Source: a bacterium
GTDB lineage: Bacteria > Chlamydiota > Chlamydiia > Chlamydiales > 2-12-FULL-49-11
DNA: 64,000 nt
Direction of reading: 5' to 3'
Assembly (NCBI GenBank): GCA_021847505.1
Contig: JAJZEO010000072.1
Span: forward strand, 4,417 to 68,416
Both the position numbers and the translations under genes were made by a program. Under the pieces are notes generated by a model. The model saw only the letters and a program-made list of their open reading frames with translations, made no database searches and had not been told where the DNA came from. This document shows, piece by piece, positions 45,615-58,131 of this stretch; the stretch's first letter is position 1, and each line of letters begins with the position of its first letter.

Positions 45615-46319
45615 TTACCTATTGTGTTGCGGTTTTTCTCCAATGTAAAGAGAAACGGTACCAAAGTTCATGGTTTTTTGAGAGGTATGAATAAAACCAT
45701 TATCCTCCATCAATTGGACAAAAGACTCCCCACTATAAAACTCTTCGATGGTGTCGGATAAGTAGGTGTAGGGGAGCTGTTTTTTTGTGATTTTCTTGCC
45801 CATCCAAGGAACAATTTTATGAACATAGAAATCAGAAAAAAACCGGACAAAATTACTCTGAGGAATTGAAAATTCCAAAATCAAGATCCGCCCGCCTGGT
45901 TTCAAAACACGAAGGATCTCCATCAAACAACGTGCCGGATCAGAAACATTTCGAATGCCAAACGAGATGGTTACGGCGTCGGCGACCTCATCATCGAGAG
46001 GGATCTGAAGGGCGGAGCCTATCATTAACTCTATTCGATCATTGTCCCCCAGTTTCTTTTTTGCGATTTTGAGCATTTCCTTTGAAATGTCGATGCCATA
46101 AAATTTGATGTTAGGCTGATCTATGGCAGCAATTTGATTGCCTGTTCCGCAAGCAAGATCGACTACTACGAGGGACTCTTTTTGGGGGAGATATTTTTTA
46201 AGACTTTTTCGCCATCTGAAGTCTTGTCCAAGCGACAAATAGCGGTTAGTACGATCATACTCAACCGCTATTTGGTCAAACATTTGTGCGATTTTATGTC
46301 TAGATTTTGTCTGATTCAT
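45615..46319 (-). CDS. ubiE: Demethylmenaquinone methyltransferase
   Basis: It has YDRTNRYLSLGQDFRWRK and the SAM motif VVDLACGTG, plus the PGGRILILEF motif. The track start at 46337 is TTG, so I prefer the ATG at 46319. Confidence 0.9.
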   Translation of the reverse strand: MNQTKSRHKIAQMFDQIAVEYDRTNRYLSLGQDFRWRKSLKKYLPQKESLVVVDLACGTGNQIAAIDQPNIKFYGIDISKEMLKIAKKKLGDNDRIELMIGSALQIPLDDEVADAVTISFGIRNVSDPARCLMEILRVLKPGGRILILEFSIPQSNFVRFFSDFYVHKIVPWMGKKITKKQLPYTYLSDTIEEFYSGESFVQLMEDNGFIHTSQKTMNFGTVSLYIGEKPQHNR

Positions 46320-46388
46320 AGCCCGCGATCGTAGCAAAAAAAGCGAGAGAAAACAACAAAAAAAACTTTAGGGTTTAGTAAAGATCGC

Positions 46389-48215
46389 TTATTTTTTTGG
46401 TGGCCGTTTCCTTTCTGCTTCCGTGAGGTACATTTTCCTCAAACGAATGTGTCTTGGGGTGACCTCAATTAGTTCATCATCCTGAATAAAGTCGATCGCC
46501 TGTTCAAGGTTGAGTTTGCGTGGAGGAGCTAAAATAATGTTCTCATCAGAACCCGAGGCTCGAACGTTAGTCAATTGCTTTCCCTTGACGGGGTTAATGA
46601 CTAGGTCATTGGCGCGATTGTGCTCACCTACGATCATTCCCTCATAAACTTCGATCGTTGGATCGACAAAGAATGACCCCCGATCCTGAAGGTTAAAGAG
46701 AGAATACCCAGTACATTTGCCCTGAGCGTTTGAAATGAGAGAGCCCCGTTTGCGTCCAGGAATCTCCCCCTTCATAGGCATAAAGCTGTCAAAGACTGAA
46801 GTGAGAATACCTTCCCCTTTGGTGGCGGTTAAAAATTCGGAGCGATATCCCATTAATCCACGGGTGGGGATAAGAAATTCAAGCGTCGTAATCTTATGCT
46901 CATTCGTCGACATCATGCGCATTTCCCCTTTACGGCGGGCAAGTTCCTCAATCACGATTCCAGAGGACTCTTCAGGAACCTCAATATGGGCCACCTCAAA
47001 TGGCTCACAAGTTTCCCCGTCGATTTCTCTGAGAATAACCTTGGGCTTGGAAACGCTAAATTCAAATCCTTCTCGTCTCATTGTTTCAATCACAATAGAA
47101 AGGTGAAGCTCGCCGCGGCCTGACACCCGAATGGCATCTTCGCGTCCCTCAACAGTTTCGATCTTTAGAGAAACGTTAGAGCGCTTCTCTCGCATGAGTC
47201 GTTCACGGATCTTATTCATTGTCACATGCTTTCCATCTTGTCCCACAAAAGGTGAGTCATTGACGAGGATTTCAATCGAAATCGTTACATCGCCCAGTTC
47301 GATCGGAGGAAGTTGAACTAAGTGATCGGGGTGGGTGAGGGTGTCGCCGATCATGACCTCGGGTATGCCTGAAATGGAGACGATATCACCAACAAAGGCC
47401 TCTTTAAGCTCGATTTTTTTGAGGCCAGAATAGCCCTCAATAAGACTCACTTTATGATTAGTGGGATGGCCATCTTTGTCGATGCAAGCAATGGTGTCTC
47501 CCTTTTTAATCTTTCCTTGAAGGATCCGTCCTGTCGCAGAGCGCCCTGTAAAGTCATTATAAGATAGGGTTAGGGCTTGCATAAGGAAAGGGCCGTCTTC
47601 GTCGCCAGACGGGGCGGGCACGTACTCTATAATTGCTTCAAATAAAGGTCTCATATTGACCCGGGGATCACCCTCTTCTAGGAAGGCAAACCCGCCAAGG
47701 CCCGAAGCATAAACATATTTAAAATCAAGTTGTTCATCAGTAGCCCCAAGCTCAACAAATAAGTCAAAAGTTTTATTGAGGGCGTTTTCTGGGTTTGCGT
47801 GTGGGCGGTCGATTTTGTTGAGGACGACAATCGGCTTTAATCCTTTTTTCAATGCTTGAGATAAGACAAACCGTGTCTGGGGCATGGGCCCTTCGTTTGC
47901 ATCGACAAGAAGTAGTACCGAGTTGACCATTCCGAGTACCCGCTCTACTTCTGCGGAGAAATCGGCGTGTCCCGGAGTGTCGATCAAATTAATTTTATAT
48001 TCCTCGAATTGCAAGCTCGTATGCTTTGCAAAAATAGTGATGCCTCGCTCTCTCTCAAGGTCAAAAGAATCCATGACTCTTTCTTGGATTTCTTCGTTTG
48101 AGCGAAAAGTCTGGGTTTGTTGTAGAAGGGCATCAATAAGGGTGGTTTTGCCGTGATCAATGTGCGCTACGATAGCAACATTTCGGATGTATTTTGCTTT
48201 TGTCATGTTCTCCAA
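46389..48215 (-). CDS. typA: Translational GTPase TypA/BipA
   Basis: 608 aa with G-motifs AHIDHGKTT, DTPGH and NKID. The EF-G-like domains and C-terminal domain are typical of BipA. Confidence 0.95.
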   Translation of the reverse strand: MENMTKAKYIRNVAIVAHIDHGKTTLIDALLQQTQTFRSNEEIQERVMDSFDLERERGITIFAKHTSLQFEEYKINLIDTPGHADFSAEVERVLGMVNSVLLLVDANEGPMPQTRFVLSQALKKGLKPIVVLNKIDRPHANPENALNKTFDLFVELGATDEQLDFKYVYASGLGGFAFLEEGDPRVNMRPLFEAIIEYVPAPSGDEDGPFLMQALTLSYNDFTGRSATGRILQGKIKKGDTIACIDKDGHPTNHKVSLIEGYSGLKKIELKEAFVGDIVSISGIPEVMIGDTLTHPDHLVQLPPIELGDVTISIEILVNDSPFVGQDGKHVTMNKIRERLMREKRSNVSLKIETVEGREDAIRVSGRGELHLSIVIETMRREGFEFSVSKPKVILREIDGETCEPFEVAHIEVPEESSGIVIEELARRKGEMRMMSTNEHKITTLEFLIPTRGLMGYRSEFLTATKGEGILTSVFDSFMPMKGEIPGRKRGSLISNAQGKCTGYSLFNLQDRGSFFVDPTIEVYEGMIVGEHNRANDLVINPVKGKQLTNVRASGSDENIILAPPRKLNLEQAIDFIQDDELIEVTPRHIRLRKMYLTEAERKRPPKK

Positions 48216-48276
48216 ATAGGTAATTGAGCTGATGGAAAAAAGTATAGCATTTTAGACACCTTTTCGCTAGAATAAT

Positions 48277-48642
48277 ATGATGGGAGACTCTTTTAAAGAG
48301 AGCAGGATTTTGAGTAGAAAGCGTTCATGGTTCATACGACAATTTGAAGCTTTTCCTGCGGGAAAGGAGGCAAAAGATCTTCTTACCGCCGTTCTTAAAA
48401 AAATTGATAATCGTCAGAAAATCAATATCAATCAAATTCGAGAGGAATGGTCAAGGATCATAGGGGAGAAGTATGCTCCTATGACCCAAGTGATGGAGTG
48501 TCATGAGGGACTTTTGACCATTAAAATAGATTCAGCCCCCCTTTTTAGTGTTTTACAAGGAACAGAGAAAGTTAGACTAGAAAATGAATTAAAAAAGAGG
48601 CTGCCCAGTTTGAATTTGAAAAAACTTAACTTCCGAAGGTGA
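48277..48642 (+). CDS. DUF721/DciA-like protein
   Basis: 121 aa with W..IIGEKYAPMTQVMECHEGLLTIKIDSAPLFSVLQ...LNFRR, matching the DUF721 pattern. It lies immediately upstream of gyrB, as in many bacteria. Confidence 0.65.
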   Translation: MMGDSFKESRILSRKRSWFIRQFEAFPAGKEAKDLLTAVLKKIDNRQKININQIREEWSRIIGEKYAPMTQVMECHEGLLTIKIDSAPLFSVLQGTEKVRLENELKKRLPSLNLKKLNFRR

Positions 48643-48653
48643 GAAAGAGATAG

Positions 48654-51173
<2,520 letters not shown>

Positions 51174-51183
51174 GAAGGGATTC

Positions 51184-53730
51184 ATGGAAGGCGAAGATCA
51201 CTACATTGATGGCGCAATTGTCGAGCGCAATGTCGAAGAAGAAATGAAGGATAGCTATCTTAGGTACTCGATGTCTGTGATTATTTCACGGGCACTTCCT
51301 GATGCGCGAGATGGGCTTAAGCCGTCACAAAGACGAATTCTTTATGCAATGAGGCAATTAAACCTTACACCGGGAGCCAAACATAGAAAATGTGCTAAAA
51401 TTGCCGGTGATACATCGGGGGATTTTCACCCACACGGAGAGACAGTCATTTATCCAACACTTGTCCGGATGGCTCAACCTTGGGTGATGAGATATTCGCT
51501 TGTCAACGGGCAGGGAAACTTTGGATCGGTTGATGGAGACCCTCCTGCAGCGATGCGTTATACAGAGGCGAGACTGACTGCATCAGCGATTGCTTTGATG
51601 GAAGATTTGGATAAAGAGACCGTTGATTATGTGGCTAACTATGACGAGACGAAAAAAGAGCCAGTTGTTTTTCCCTCGAAGTTCCCGAACCTGCTTTGCA
51701 ACGGTTCTTCAGGGATCGCAGTAGGTATGGCGACTAACATACCTCCTCATAACCTCAATGAATTGATCGATGCTACCACAATCGTCATTGATAACCCGAA
51801 GGCTTCGATTGAAGAGATTATGAAAGTGATGCCAGGGCCCGATTTTCCGACGGGTGGGGTTATCTGCGGCGTCACTGGAATTCGTGAAGCATTCCACACC
51901 GGACGTGGTAAATTGAGACTTCGTGGGGTGATGCACGTTGAAGATGATAAAAATGATCGACAAAAGATCGTCATCGATGAATTGCCTTATAACGTCAATA
52001 AGGCGATGTTAATCACTCATATTGCTGATTTAGTGAACGACAAAATCATTACAGGGCTCTCCGATATTCGTGATGAATCGGATAAGGGAGGAATGCGCAT
52101 TGTCCTCGATATGAAGAGGGGAGAGATTGCTGATGTGATCATCAATCAGCTCTTCAAATTTACCGACTTACAAGTGACGTTCGGTTGCAATATGCTCGCT
52201 CTTGAAAATGGCCTTCCCCGTACCATGAACATCAAGCACATGATTTCTGCTTGGGTTGATCACCGCATTGAAGTGGTCAGAAGACGGACCCGTTTTGAGC
52301 TCAAAAAGGCAGAGGCAAGAGCCCATATTTTGGAGGGCTACCTCAAGGCGCTAGACCATCTAGATGAAATCGTCAACCTAATTAGAAAGTCAAGCGACCG
52401 TGCTGAAGCAAAAATAGCCTTAGTGGCCAAATACACTCTCTCTGACAAACAAGCAGATGCGGTTCTCGAATTGAGACTCTACCAGTTGACTGGACTTGAG
52501 CGTGAAAAGGTCGAGACAGAATACAAAGAGCTTCTAGCAAAAATCGAAGAATACCGTGCAATTTTAGCCTCAGAGCTCAAAGTCCGAGGAATCATCAAAG
52601 ACGAACTCGATTCCTTAAGAAAACTTGAAAAAGAAGGGGAGCGTAAAACAGTCATCACTCCTCTTGAAGAAGATACCTTCGAAATGGAAGATCTGATCAC
52701 AAATGAAGCAGTGATCATCACCATTTCCACCGATGACTACATCAAACGAATGCCTATAGACACCTTTAAGGAGCAGAAGCGAGGCGGTCAAGGAGTGATA
52801 GGTCTCGATGCCAAAAAAGAATCAGAAGGTTTAAAGGACGTTTACGTTGCCAATACTCACAATCATCTATTGGTTTTCTCAAGCTTTGGAAGATGTTATT
52901 GGCTAAAAGTATGGCAAATTCCTGAGGGAGGTCGCCGTACAAAAGGAAAAGCCCTTGTGAATCTCATCGAAGGATTGCAAAAAGACGAGAAAATTGCGGC
53001 GGTTTTAAGAGTTCAAAGTTTTGAGGAAAACGCCCATATCCTTTTCTCTACAAAAAGAGGCGTAATCAAGAAAACCGACCTTGCTAGTTATTCCTCTCCA
53101 AGAAAGAAAGGGGTCTATGCAATCACCATCGATGAGGGAGATGAAGTGATCGATGCTTCTCTTGTCCGAGAGGGTGATCAGGTGATGCTCTTTACTCGTG
53201 GAGGAATGGCTGTCCGGTTTGACCAAGCCATGGTTCGCGCCATGGGACGTACGGCACGTGGAGTGCGCGGTGTAACGCTGAAAGGACAAGAGGACCGTGT
53301 TGTCTCTTCGATAATTGTCAGTGAAGGGCATTCGGTTCTAGTGGTTTGTGAAAACGGATTTGGAAAACGTTCTAAAGTGACCGATTTCAGACAAACCAAC
53401 CGAGGCGGAAAAGGGGTAAGATCGATCATCACCAATAAGAGAAATGGCAGCGTCGTGGGTGTCATTGCTGTTCGTGATGAAGATAGCGTCCTGATGATGT
53501 CAAACTCAGGGCAAACTCTCAGAACTTCGATGAAAAATATCCGAGTCATGGGAAGATCAACCCAAGGTGTCAAACTTGTTCAACTCAGCGATGAAGATTA
53601 TCTTGTGGCTATCCAAAAGATCGAAGCTATGGAGAATGAAACAGGAGAAGAAATTGCCGAGATAGCTCCTGTGGCCACTGATGTGACTCCGGATACTACT
53701 CCCGATATGATTCCGGGAGATGAGGAGTAA
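51184..53730 (+). CDS. gyrA: DNA gyrase subunit A
   Basis: 848 aa with [29 protein letters not shown], the active-site region [10 protein letters not shown] and C-terminal beta-pinwheel repeats. It ends in an acidic tail. Confidence 0.97.
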   Translation: MEGEDHYIDGAIVERNVEEEMKDSYLRYSMSVIISRALPDARDGLKPSQRRILYAMRQLNLTPGAKHRKCAKIAGDTSGDFHPHGETVIYPTLVRMAQPWVMRYSLVNGQGNFGSVDGDPPAAMRYTEARLTASAIALMEDLDKETVDYVANYDETKKEPVVFPSKFPNLLCNGSSGIAVGMATNIPPHNLNELIDATTIVIDNPKASIEEIMKVMPGPDFPTGGVICGVTGIREAFHTGRGKLRLRGVMHVEDDKNDRQKIVIDELPYNVNKAMLITHIADLVNDKIITGLSDIRDESDKGGMRIVLDMKRGEIADVIINQLFKFTDLQVTFGCNMLALENGLPRTMNIKHMISAWVDHRIEVVRRRTRFELKKAEARAHILEGYLKALDHLDEIVNLIRKSSDRAEAKIALVAKYTLSDKQADAVLELRLYQLTGLEREKVETEYKELLAKIEEYRAILASELKVRGIIKDELDSLRKLEKEGERKTVITPLEEDTFEMEDLITNEAVIITISTDDYIKRMPIDTFKEQKRGGQGVIGLDAKKESEGLKDVYVANTHNHLLVFSSFGRCYWLKVWQIPEGGRRTKGKALVNLIEGLQKDEKIAAVLRVQSFEENAHILFSTKRGVIKKTDLASYSSPRKKGVYAITIDEGDEVIDASLVREGDQVMLFTRGGMAVRFDQAMVRAMGRTARGVRGVTLKGQEDRVVSSIIVSEGHSVLVVCENGFGKRSKVTDFRQTNRGGKGVRSIITNKRNGSVVGVIAVRDEDSVLMMSNSGQTLRTSMKNIRVMGRSTQGVKLVQLSDEDYLVAIQKIEAMENETGEEIAEIAPVATDVTPDTTPDMIPGDEE

Positions 53731-53731
53731 A

Positions 53732-54361
53732 ATGAGGGGACTCTTTGTAACAGTAGAGGGCGGGGAGGGATCGGGAAAATCGACCTTGATTGATAGGCTC
53801 TACGCCCATTTAACTCTAGAAAAGGGAGCTTCTGTGATTAAGACGTTTGAACCGGGGGGTACCCCGTTCGGACAGCTGGTCAGGGAGCTCCTTTTAGAAA
53901 AACACGATGTCCAAATGGCAGGAAAAGCTGAGCTTCTCTTGTTTCTTGCAGATAGAGCTCACCACGTGGAAACATTGATCAAACCAGCTCTAGAAAAAGA
54001 TATGGTCGTTTTGTGCGATCGATTTACAGACTCATCCCTCGCCTACCAAGGAGGGGCTAGACAAATAGCAAAGATCGATCCTAAGATTGAAGAGGTTTGT
54101 CTCTTCGCCACGGGGGGGCTCATTCCTGATATTACCTTCTATCTCGATATACCTCCGGAAGAAGGATTGGCGCGCATCAAAAGGGGAAAAGATCGCCTTG
54201 AAAAAGAGCACCTCTCATTTCACCAGCGGGTCCGAGAAAACTACCTACTCTTGGCAAAGAAACATCCCCAAAGAATTGTAGTACTCGATGCACGAAAAAC
54301 GACTGATGAGGTGTATCGGGAAGCATTAGAAAAACTAGAAGCCACGTGTCATGCAATCTAA
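53732..54361 (+). CDS. tmk: Thymidylate kinase
   Basis: It has the P-loop FVTVEGGEGSGKST, DRFTDSSLAYQG and a LID region. The ATG at 53732 is preceded by GAGGAG. The track start at 53720 lies inside the gyrA 3' end. Confidence 0.92.
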   Translation: MRGLFVTVEGGEGSGKSTLIDRLYAHLTLEKGASVIKTFEPGGTPFGQLVRELLLEKHDVQMAGKAELLLFLADRAHHVETLIKPALEKDMVVLCDRFTDSSLAYQGGARQIAKIDPKIEEVCLFATGGLIPDITFYLDIPPEEGLARIKRGKDRLEKEHLSFHQRVRENYLLLAKKHPQRIVVLDARKTTDEVYREALEKLEATCHAI

Positions 54362-55124
54362 AGTAATTCCAAAGCTTATTGAGAATGAGAGCTTCGGTTC
54401 GCCATTCATCATTGAAGGAACGAGTCGTGGCACAACCTACGATTTGGCGGTCGACTTTGCAAAGAAGATCCTCCTGCGATACAGCTCTCCCACTACAGCG
54501 ATTAAACTTGAAAAAGGGTCCCACCCCGACTTCTTTATTTTCAAACCCGAAGGAGCCCGGTCTATGCATTCGATTGCCGACATTAAACGGCTTATCGATG
54601 ATGCGGTGATGCCCCCTTTTGAGGGCAAATACAAAGTTTATCTGATTGTTGATAGTGAGGCCATGCTTCCTATCCATGCCAATGCTCTATTGAAAACCCT
54701 TGAGGATAAAAATGACCATACAGTGATCATTCTCACCACCACCGATTCGACCGAGCTGCTTCCCACGATTGTCTCACGCTGTAAGGTGATTACACTTAAC
54801 GAAGGGGCTGAAGGGCCTCCTATCGACCCTGAATTTCAATCCCAAGTGAATCATCTATTGCAAGAAGCCGCCTCAAGAAACTTCACCACTGCCTTTACAA
54901 AGATTTCTCCTATTGAGAAAGCCATCGAAAATGGGGGACTTTGTAAGATGGAAGAGTTCATTGACCTCGTTTTGCTTTTCTATCGAGACATTCTTCTTCA
55001 GGCCAAACAATACCCACCTTTTGATAAGATCAACCGGCTGACGAGCCAAATTGCCCTAGGATATCAAAGACACATCAAAATCAAAACCCTCATTGAGCAG
55101 GTTGTCATAAGTTTTTCGGCCTAA
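54351..55124 (+). CDS. holB: DNA polymerase III delta-prime subunit (short form)
   Basis: 257 aa with HPDFFIFKPEG, ANALLKTLEDKNDHTVIILTT and the LPTIVSRC motif. It follows tmk, as is usual. Confidence 0.8.
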   Translation: MQSKVIPKLIENESFGSPFIIEGTSRGTTYDLAVDFAKKILLRYSSPTTAIKLEKGSHPDFFIFKPEGARSMHSIADIKRLIDDAVMPPFEGKYKVYLIVDSEAMLPIHANALLKTLEDKNDHTVIILTTTDSTELLPTIVSRCKVITLNEGAEGPPIDPEFQSQVNHLLQEAASRNFTTAFTKISPIEKAIENGGLCKMEEFIDLVLLFYRDILLQAKQYPPFDKINRLTSQIALGYQRHIKIKTLIEQVVISFSA

Positions 55125-55192
55125 ATCGCATGTAGCAAATTTATTGGGTTCTGGTATGATCAGATTTGTGCTAACGCAAAAGAGAGGTTATT

Positions 55193-55330
55193 ATGAAGAA
55201 AAAAGCAAGAAAACATAAACCAATTTATCAAGATTTTGCTAAAAAAATAGCACAAATGACGACATGCAGTTCGCACCAAATACAAATCGCAATGACAGAG
55301 CTAGGCGGTTGCCTTAAAGATTGCTCATAA
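55193..55330 (+). CDS. Possible small basic protein (45 aa), below the ORF-track size cutoff
   Basis: The ATG at 55193 is preceded by AGAGAGG 5 nt upstream. The product is MKKKARKHKPIYQDFAKKIAQMTTCSSHQIQIAMTELGGCLKDCS. It occupies an otherwise empty 212-bp gap. Confidence 0.25.
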   Translation: MKKKARKHKPIYQDFAKKIAQMTTCSSHQIQIAMTELGGCLKDCS

Positions 55331-55336
55331 ATTCTT

Positions 55337-55948
55337 CTAACCTAAGGGCGCCCTGTAGCCAACTACTTTGTTATAGCACTCGACGAGGTGTGAGACCCCA
55401 TTTCCAGCTCTATGGGGTCTCTCTTCTGGAGATAAGCCATAGAACCTTGCGATCATATCTTTTGACAAGCCAATCTCTTCAATAGGATAACCGCCTCTTA
55501 GGCTTCTTGCCCAATGCATGGAGGCAAGGTCAAGCCAGTTGTAAGGAAAATTATGCTCTTCTTGAAGGCTTGTGGGCACAATTTTTGTGAAGAAAATCCT
55601 ATCGAAAGAGGGGTTTTGGCAGATAAAGATAGCCTCTTTTCGAACGAGATGATGTCTTTTAAACAATTCCAAAATCTCTTTACGTACTTGGGGAAGAGGT
55701 TTTCCCTCTTGAAGCTCTTGAAAAGTAATTCCTGTAAAAGCAAGCGATGTAGGGTCACTTCGGCCAAAAGCCTCAGAAGAAATCTGAATAAGTGTTCTGT
55801 AGGACTCGATCCTTTTACCGCTTTCAAGATCGATTAATTCAATGGCGATCTCGATAGCCTCATGCACTGTGAAGTCCAGCCCATTCGTTTCAGTGTCTAA
55901 AAAAATCCCTATCAAAGCAATTGCTCCAAAAATTTGGATCATAATCAA
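55337..55948 (-). CDS. DEDD-family 3'-5' exonuclease (DnaQ/RNase T-like)
   Basis: 203 aa with Exo I FLDTETNGLD and Exo II CQNPSFDRIFF. The Exo III-like HRAGNGVSHLVECY lacks the expected Asp five residues after the His. Confidence 0.7.
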   Translation of the reverse strand: MIMIQIFGAIALIGIFLDTETNGLDFTVHEAIEIAIELIDLESGKRIESYRTLIQISSEAFGRSDPTSLAFTGITFQELQEGKPLPQVRKEILELFKRHHLVRKEAIFICQNPSFDRIFFTKIVPTSLQEEHNFPYNWLDLASMHWARSLRGGYPIEEIGLSKDMIARFYGLSPEERPHRAGNGVSHLVECYNKVVGYRAPLG

Positions 55949-56050
55949 GCCAAAGTTTAACGGATATAAATTTATTGAATTTTTCTCTCTTTGATCTTGA
56001 TTACCGTTATGATATAGTCCTCTTTAATACTTTTTAAGGTTGATCAATCA

Positions 56051-56467
56051 ATGAAAACTAAGTTCAACGAGTGCATTCTTCATTTTCTTTACGGTCAAGA
56101 GATTACGGGATTTCTTGCTGACGCAGACGATCTTAAATTGACCATGAAGCTCCTATTGATTTCTAAACAAAAAGTTCAAGAAGCGCACCAGTTTGCCTCC
56201 AAGGTACTAGAAAAACTTCCTCACCTCGATGAAGAAATTAGGCAGCTATCGAAAGAGTATGATCTTGAACGAATTTCGAAAATTGACCTTGCGATCTTAC
56301 GCTGGGCTCTGTTCTCTCGTGAGCAGGGACTCGATTCAGAAAAAGGAATTCTGAATGAAGCCATCCGCCTTTCCAAGAAGTTTTCCACTTTAGAGGCGAG
56401 CAAATTTATCCATGCAATTTTAGATACGAGGGTGCATGAAGCTTCTAAAGGATGTCCTACTCTCTGA
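56051..56467 (+). CDS. nusB: Transcription antitermination factor NusB-like
   Basis: 138 aa with DLAILRWALFS...ILNEAIRLSKKFS...SKFIHAILD, matching the NusB helical pattern. Confidence 0.75.
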   Translation: MKTKFNECILHFLYGQEITGFLADADDLKLTMKLLLISKQKVQEAHQFASKVLEKLPHLDEEIRQLSKEYDLERISKIDLAILRWALFSREQGLDSEKGILNEAIRLSKKFSTLEASKFIHAILDTRVHEASKGCPTL

Positions 56468-57305
56468 GTATACCACTTACAAGATCGGAGGGGTCGCCAA
56501 ACAGTTTGTTGTAGTCTCAACCGTCGAAGAGTTATCTCAAGTGTTGGTTCAATTAAGTAGAGCCAAGGAGAGATACATGGTTTTAGGTAAAGGCTCAAAT
56601 ACACTTTTCGATGACCGAGGATTCAACGGCACAGTGATTCTCAACAAGATCGTCGATATCGAATGGCAAGAAGAAAGCGTGAGAGTGGGGGCTGGATATA
56701 GTTTTGCCCTTCTAGGGGTTCAAGCCTCACGCAAGGAACTAAGCGGTCTTGAATTTGCCTCAGGAATACCAGGGACTGTTGGAGGGGCCGTTTATATGAA
56801 CGCCGGAGCCAACGGGTTAGAAGTCAAAGATGTAATTGCCACAGTAGAATACATCGATCGCGAAGGGAAAACCCACCTATTGCAGAGAAATGATCTAAAA
56901 TTTGCTTATCGTTGGTCGATGTTTCATGAAATGGAGGGCGCTATTGCTGGTGCTACGTTTCAATTATCCCGATCATCCCAAGCCAAACAAAAACAAAAAG
57001 AAATCCTCGACTACAGGATGGCTACACAACCATACAAAACCAAAAACTGTGGGTGTGTCTTTCGCAATCCAGAAGGCCACTCAGCAGGAAGACTCATTGA
57101 TGAATGCGGCTTAAAAAACACCACAATAGGGGGAGCTACGATCTCGCCCCTTCACGCAAATTTTATTGAAAATCGCGGGAATGCCACTGCAAAAGAGATC
57201 ATCGAGCTGATGTCTTTCATCCAAAGGACTGTCAAGGAGAGAACAGGCATCCAGTTAGAAGAAGAAGTACGTAAAATTCCATTTGAGGAGTCGCAGGATG
57301 GATGA
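56436..57305 (+). CDS. murB: UDP-N-acetylenolpyruvoylglucosamine reductase
   Basis: 289 aa with YTTYKIGG, LGKGSNTLF, GGAVYMNAGA, SAGRLIDECGLK and HANFIEN. Confidence 0.93.
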   Translation: MKLLKDVLLSEYTTYKIGGVAKQFVVVSTVEELSQVLVQLSRAKERYMVLGKGSNTLFDDRGFNGTVILNKIVDIEWQEESVRVGAGYSFALLGVQASRKELSGLEFASGIPGTVGGAVYMNAGANGLEVKDVIATVEYIDREGKTHLLQRNDLKFAYRWSMFHEMEGAIAGATFQLSRSSQAKQKQKEILDYRMATQPYKTKNCGCVFRNPEGHSAGRLIDECGLKNTTIGGATISPLHANFIENRGNATAKEIIELMSFIQRTVKERTGIQLEEEVRKIPFEESQDG

Positions 57306-58131
57306 AAAACGATGGGATTTGCATATGCATTCGACTTGTTCGGATGGTTCCTATGACCCAAAAAAATTGATCGAAGAAGCACAAAAAATCGGCCTAGCAG
57401 GAATTTCAATTACTGATCACGATTCAATCATGGCTTATACGCCCGAATTATTTGGATATGCAAAAGAAAATGGCATCGAATTAATTCCCGGAGTGGAATT
57501 TTCGACTATGGTTCAGGAAATGCCCGTACATATCTTGGGGTATAATGTTGACCTTAATGATCCAGGGTTAAAAGGTTTATGCGAAGCTCATAAAATTAGA
57601 AGAAAAGAACGCAATTTAAGTATCATAAAAGAGCTCAAAAAGCACGGCATTCAGATTGAAGAAGAAGAGCTTTTAGCATTAGGTTCAAAAACAATTGGAA
57701 GGCCTCATATTGCTAAGCTACTCATCGATAAAGGAGTGGTCTCCTCCATCCAAGAAGCGTTTGATTATTGGATAGGCGACTCGAAGAAATGCTATGTGTC
57801 CGGCAGAATGTTTTCTCCTGCCGAGACAATTGAAGTGATTCATAAGGCCAAAGGAAAAGCTATATTAGCCCACCCCATTTTGCTAAAGAAAAAGGCAGTC
57901 ATTAAGGGACTCCTTCAAAATAATCAGTTTGATGGGATGGAATGTTATTATGCAGCGTTTTCTGAAGCGCAAAATGAACAAATGGTCAAGCTTGCCCAGA
58001 ACTTTAATCTCATTATGACCGGGGGCTCTGATTTTCATGGGGATGCCAAGCCCTACCTAAAAATAGGTATCTCTTACACCAATGAAGAGCAAATCAATAG
58101 ACTCAGAGAGATTGAATGGAAACCTACTTAA
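57298..58131 (+). CDS. PHP-domain phosphoesterase (TrpH/YciV family)
   Basis: It has DLHMHSTCSDG, ISITDHDS, LAHP and GGSDFHG. The ATG at 57298 is preceded by GAGGAG. The track start at 57283 lies inside the murB 3' end. Confidence 0.85.
   Translation: MDEKRWDLHMHSTCSDGSYDPKKLIEEAQKIGLAGISITDHDSIMAYTPELFGYAKENGIELIPGVEFSTMVQEMPVHILGYNVDLNDPGLKGLCEAHKIRRKERNLSIIKELKKHGIQIEEEELLALGSKTIGRPHIAKLLIDKGVVSSIQEAFDYWIGDSKKCYVSGRMFSPAETIEVIHKAKGKAILAHPILLKKKAVIKGLLQNNQFDGMECYYAAFSEAQNEQMVKLAQNFNLIMTGGSDFHGDAKPYLKIGISYTNEEQINRLREIEWKPT

Noticed and set aside
46735-47316. Plus-strand ORFs of 123, 75 and 61 aa
   Set aside because: They are antisense to typA, which has unambiguous GTPase motifs. They are typical long shadow frames in a conserved gene.
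53005-53573. Minus-strand ORFs of 108 and 131 aa
   Set aside because: They are antisense to the gyrA C-terminal beta-pinwheel region and have no independent support.
54177-54677. 166-aa minus-strand ORF spanning the tmk/holB junction
   Set aside because: It is antisense to two recognisable genes (tmk C-terminus and holB N-terminus) and has no motif or start signal.
56221-56604. 127-aa minus-strand ORF
   Set aside because: It is antisense to the nusB/murB junction. Both sense genes have clear family motifs.
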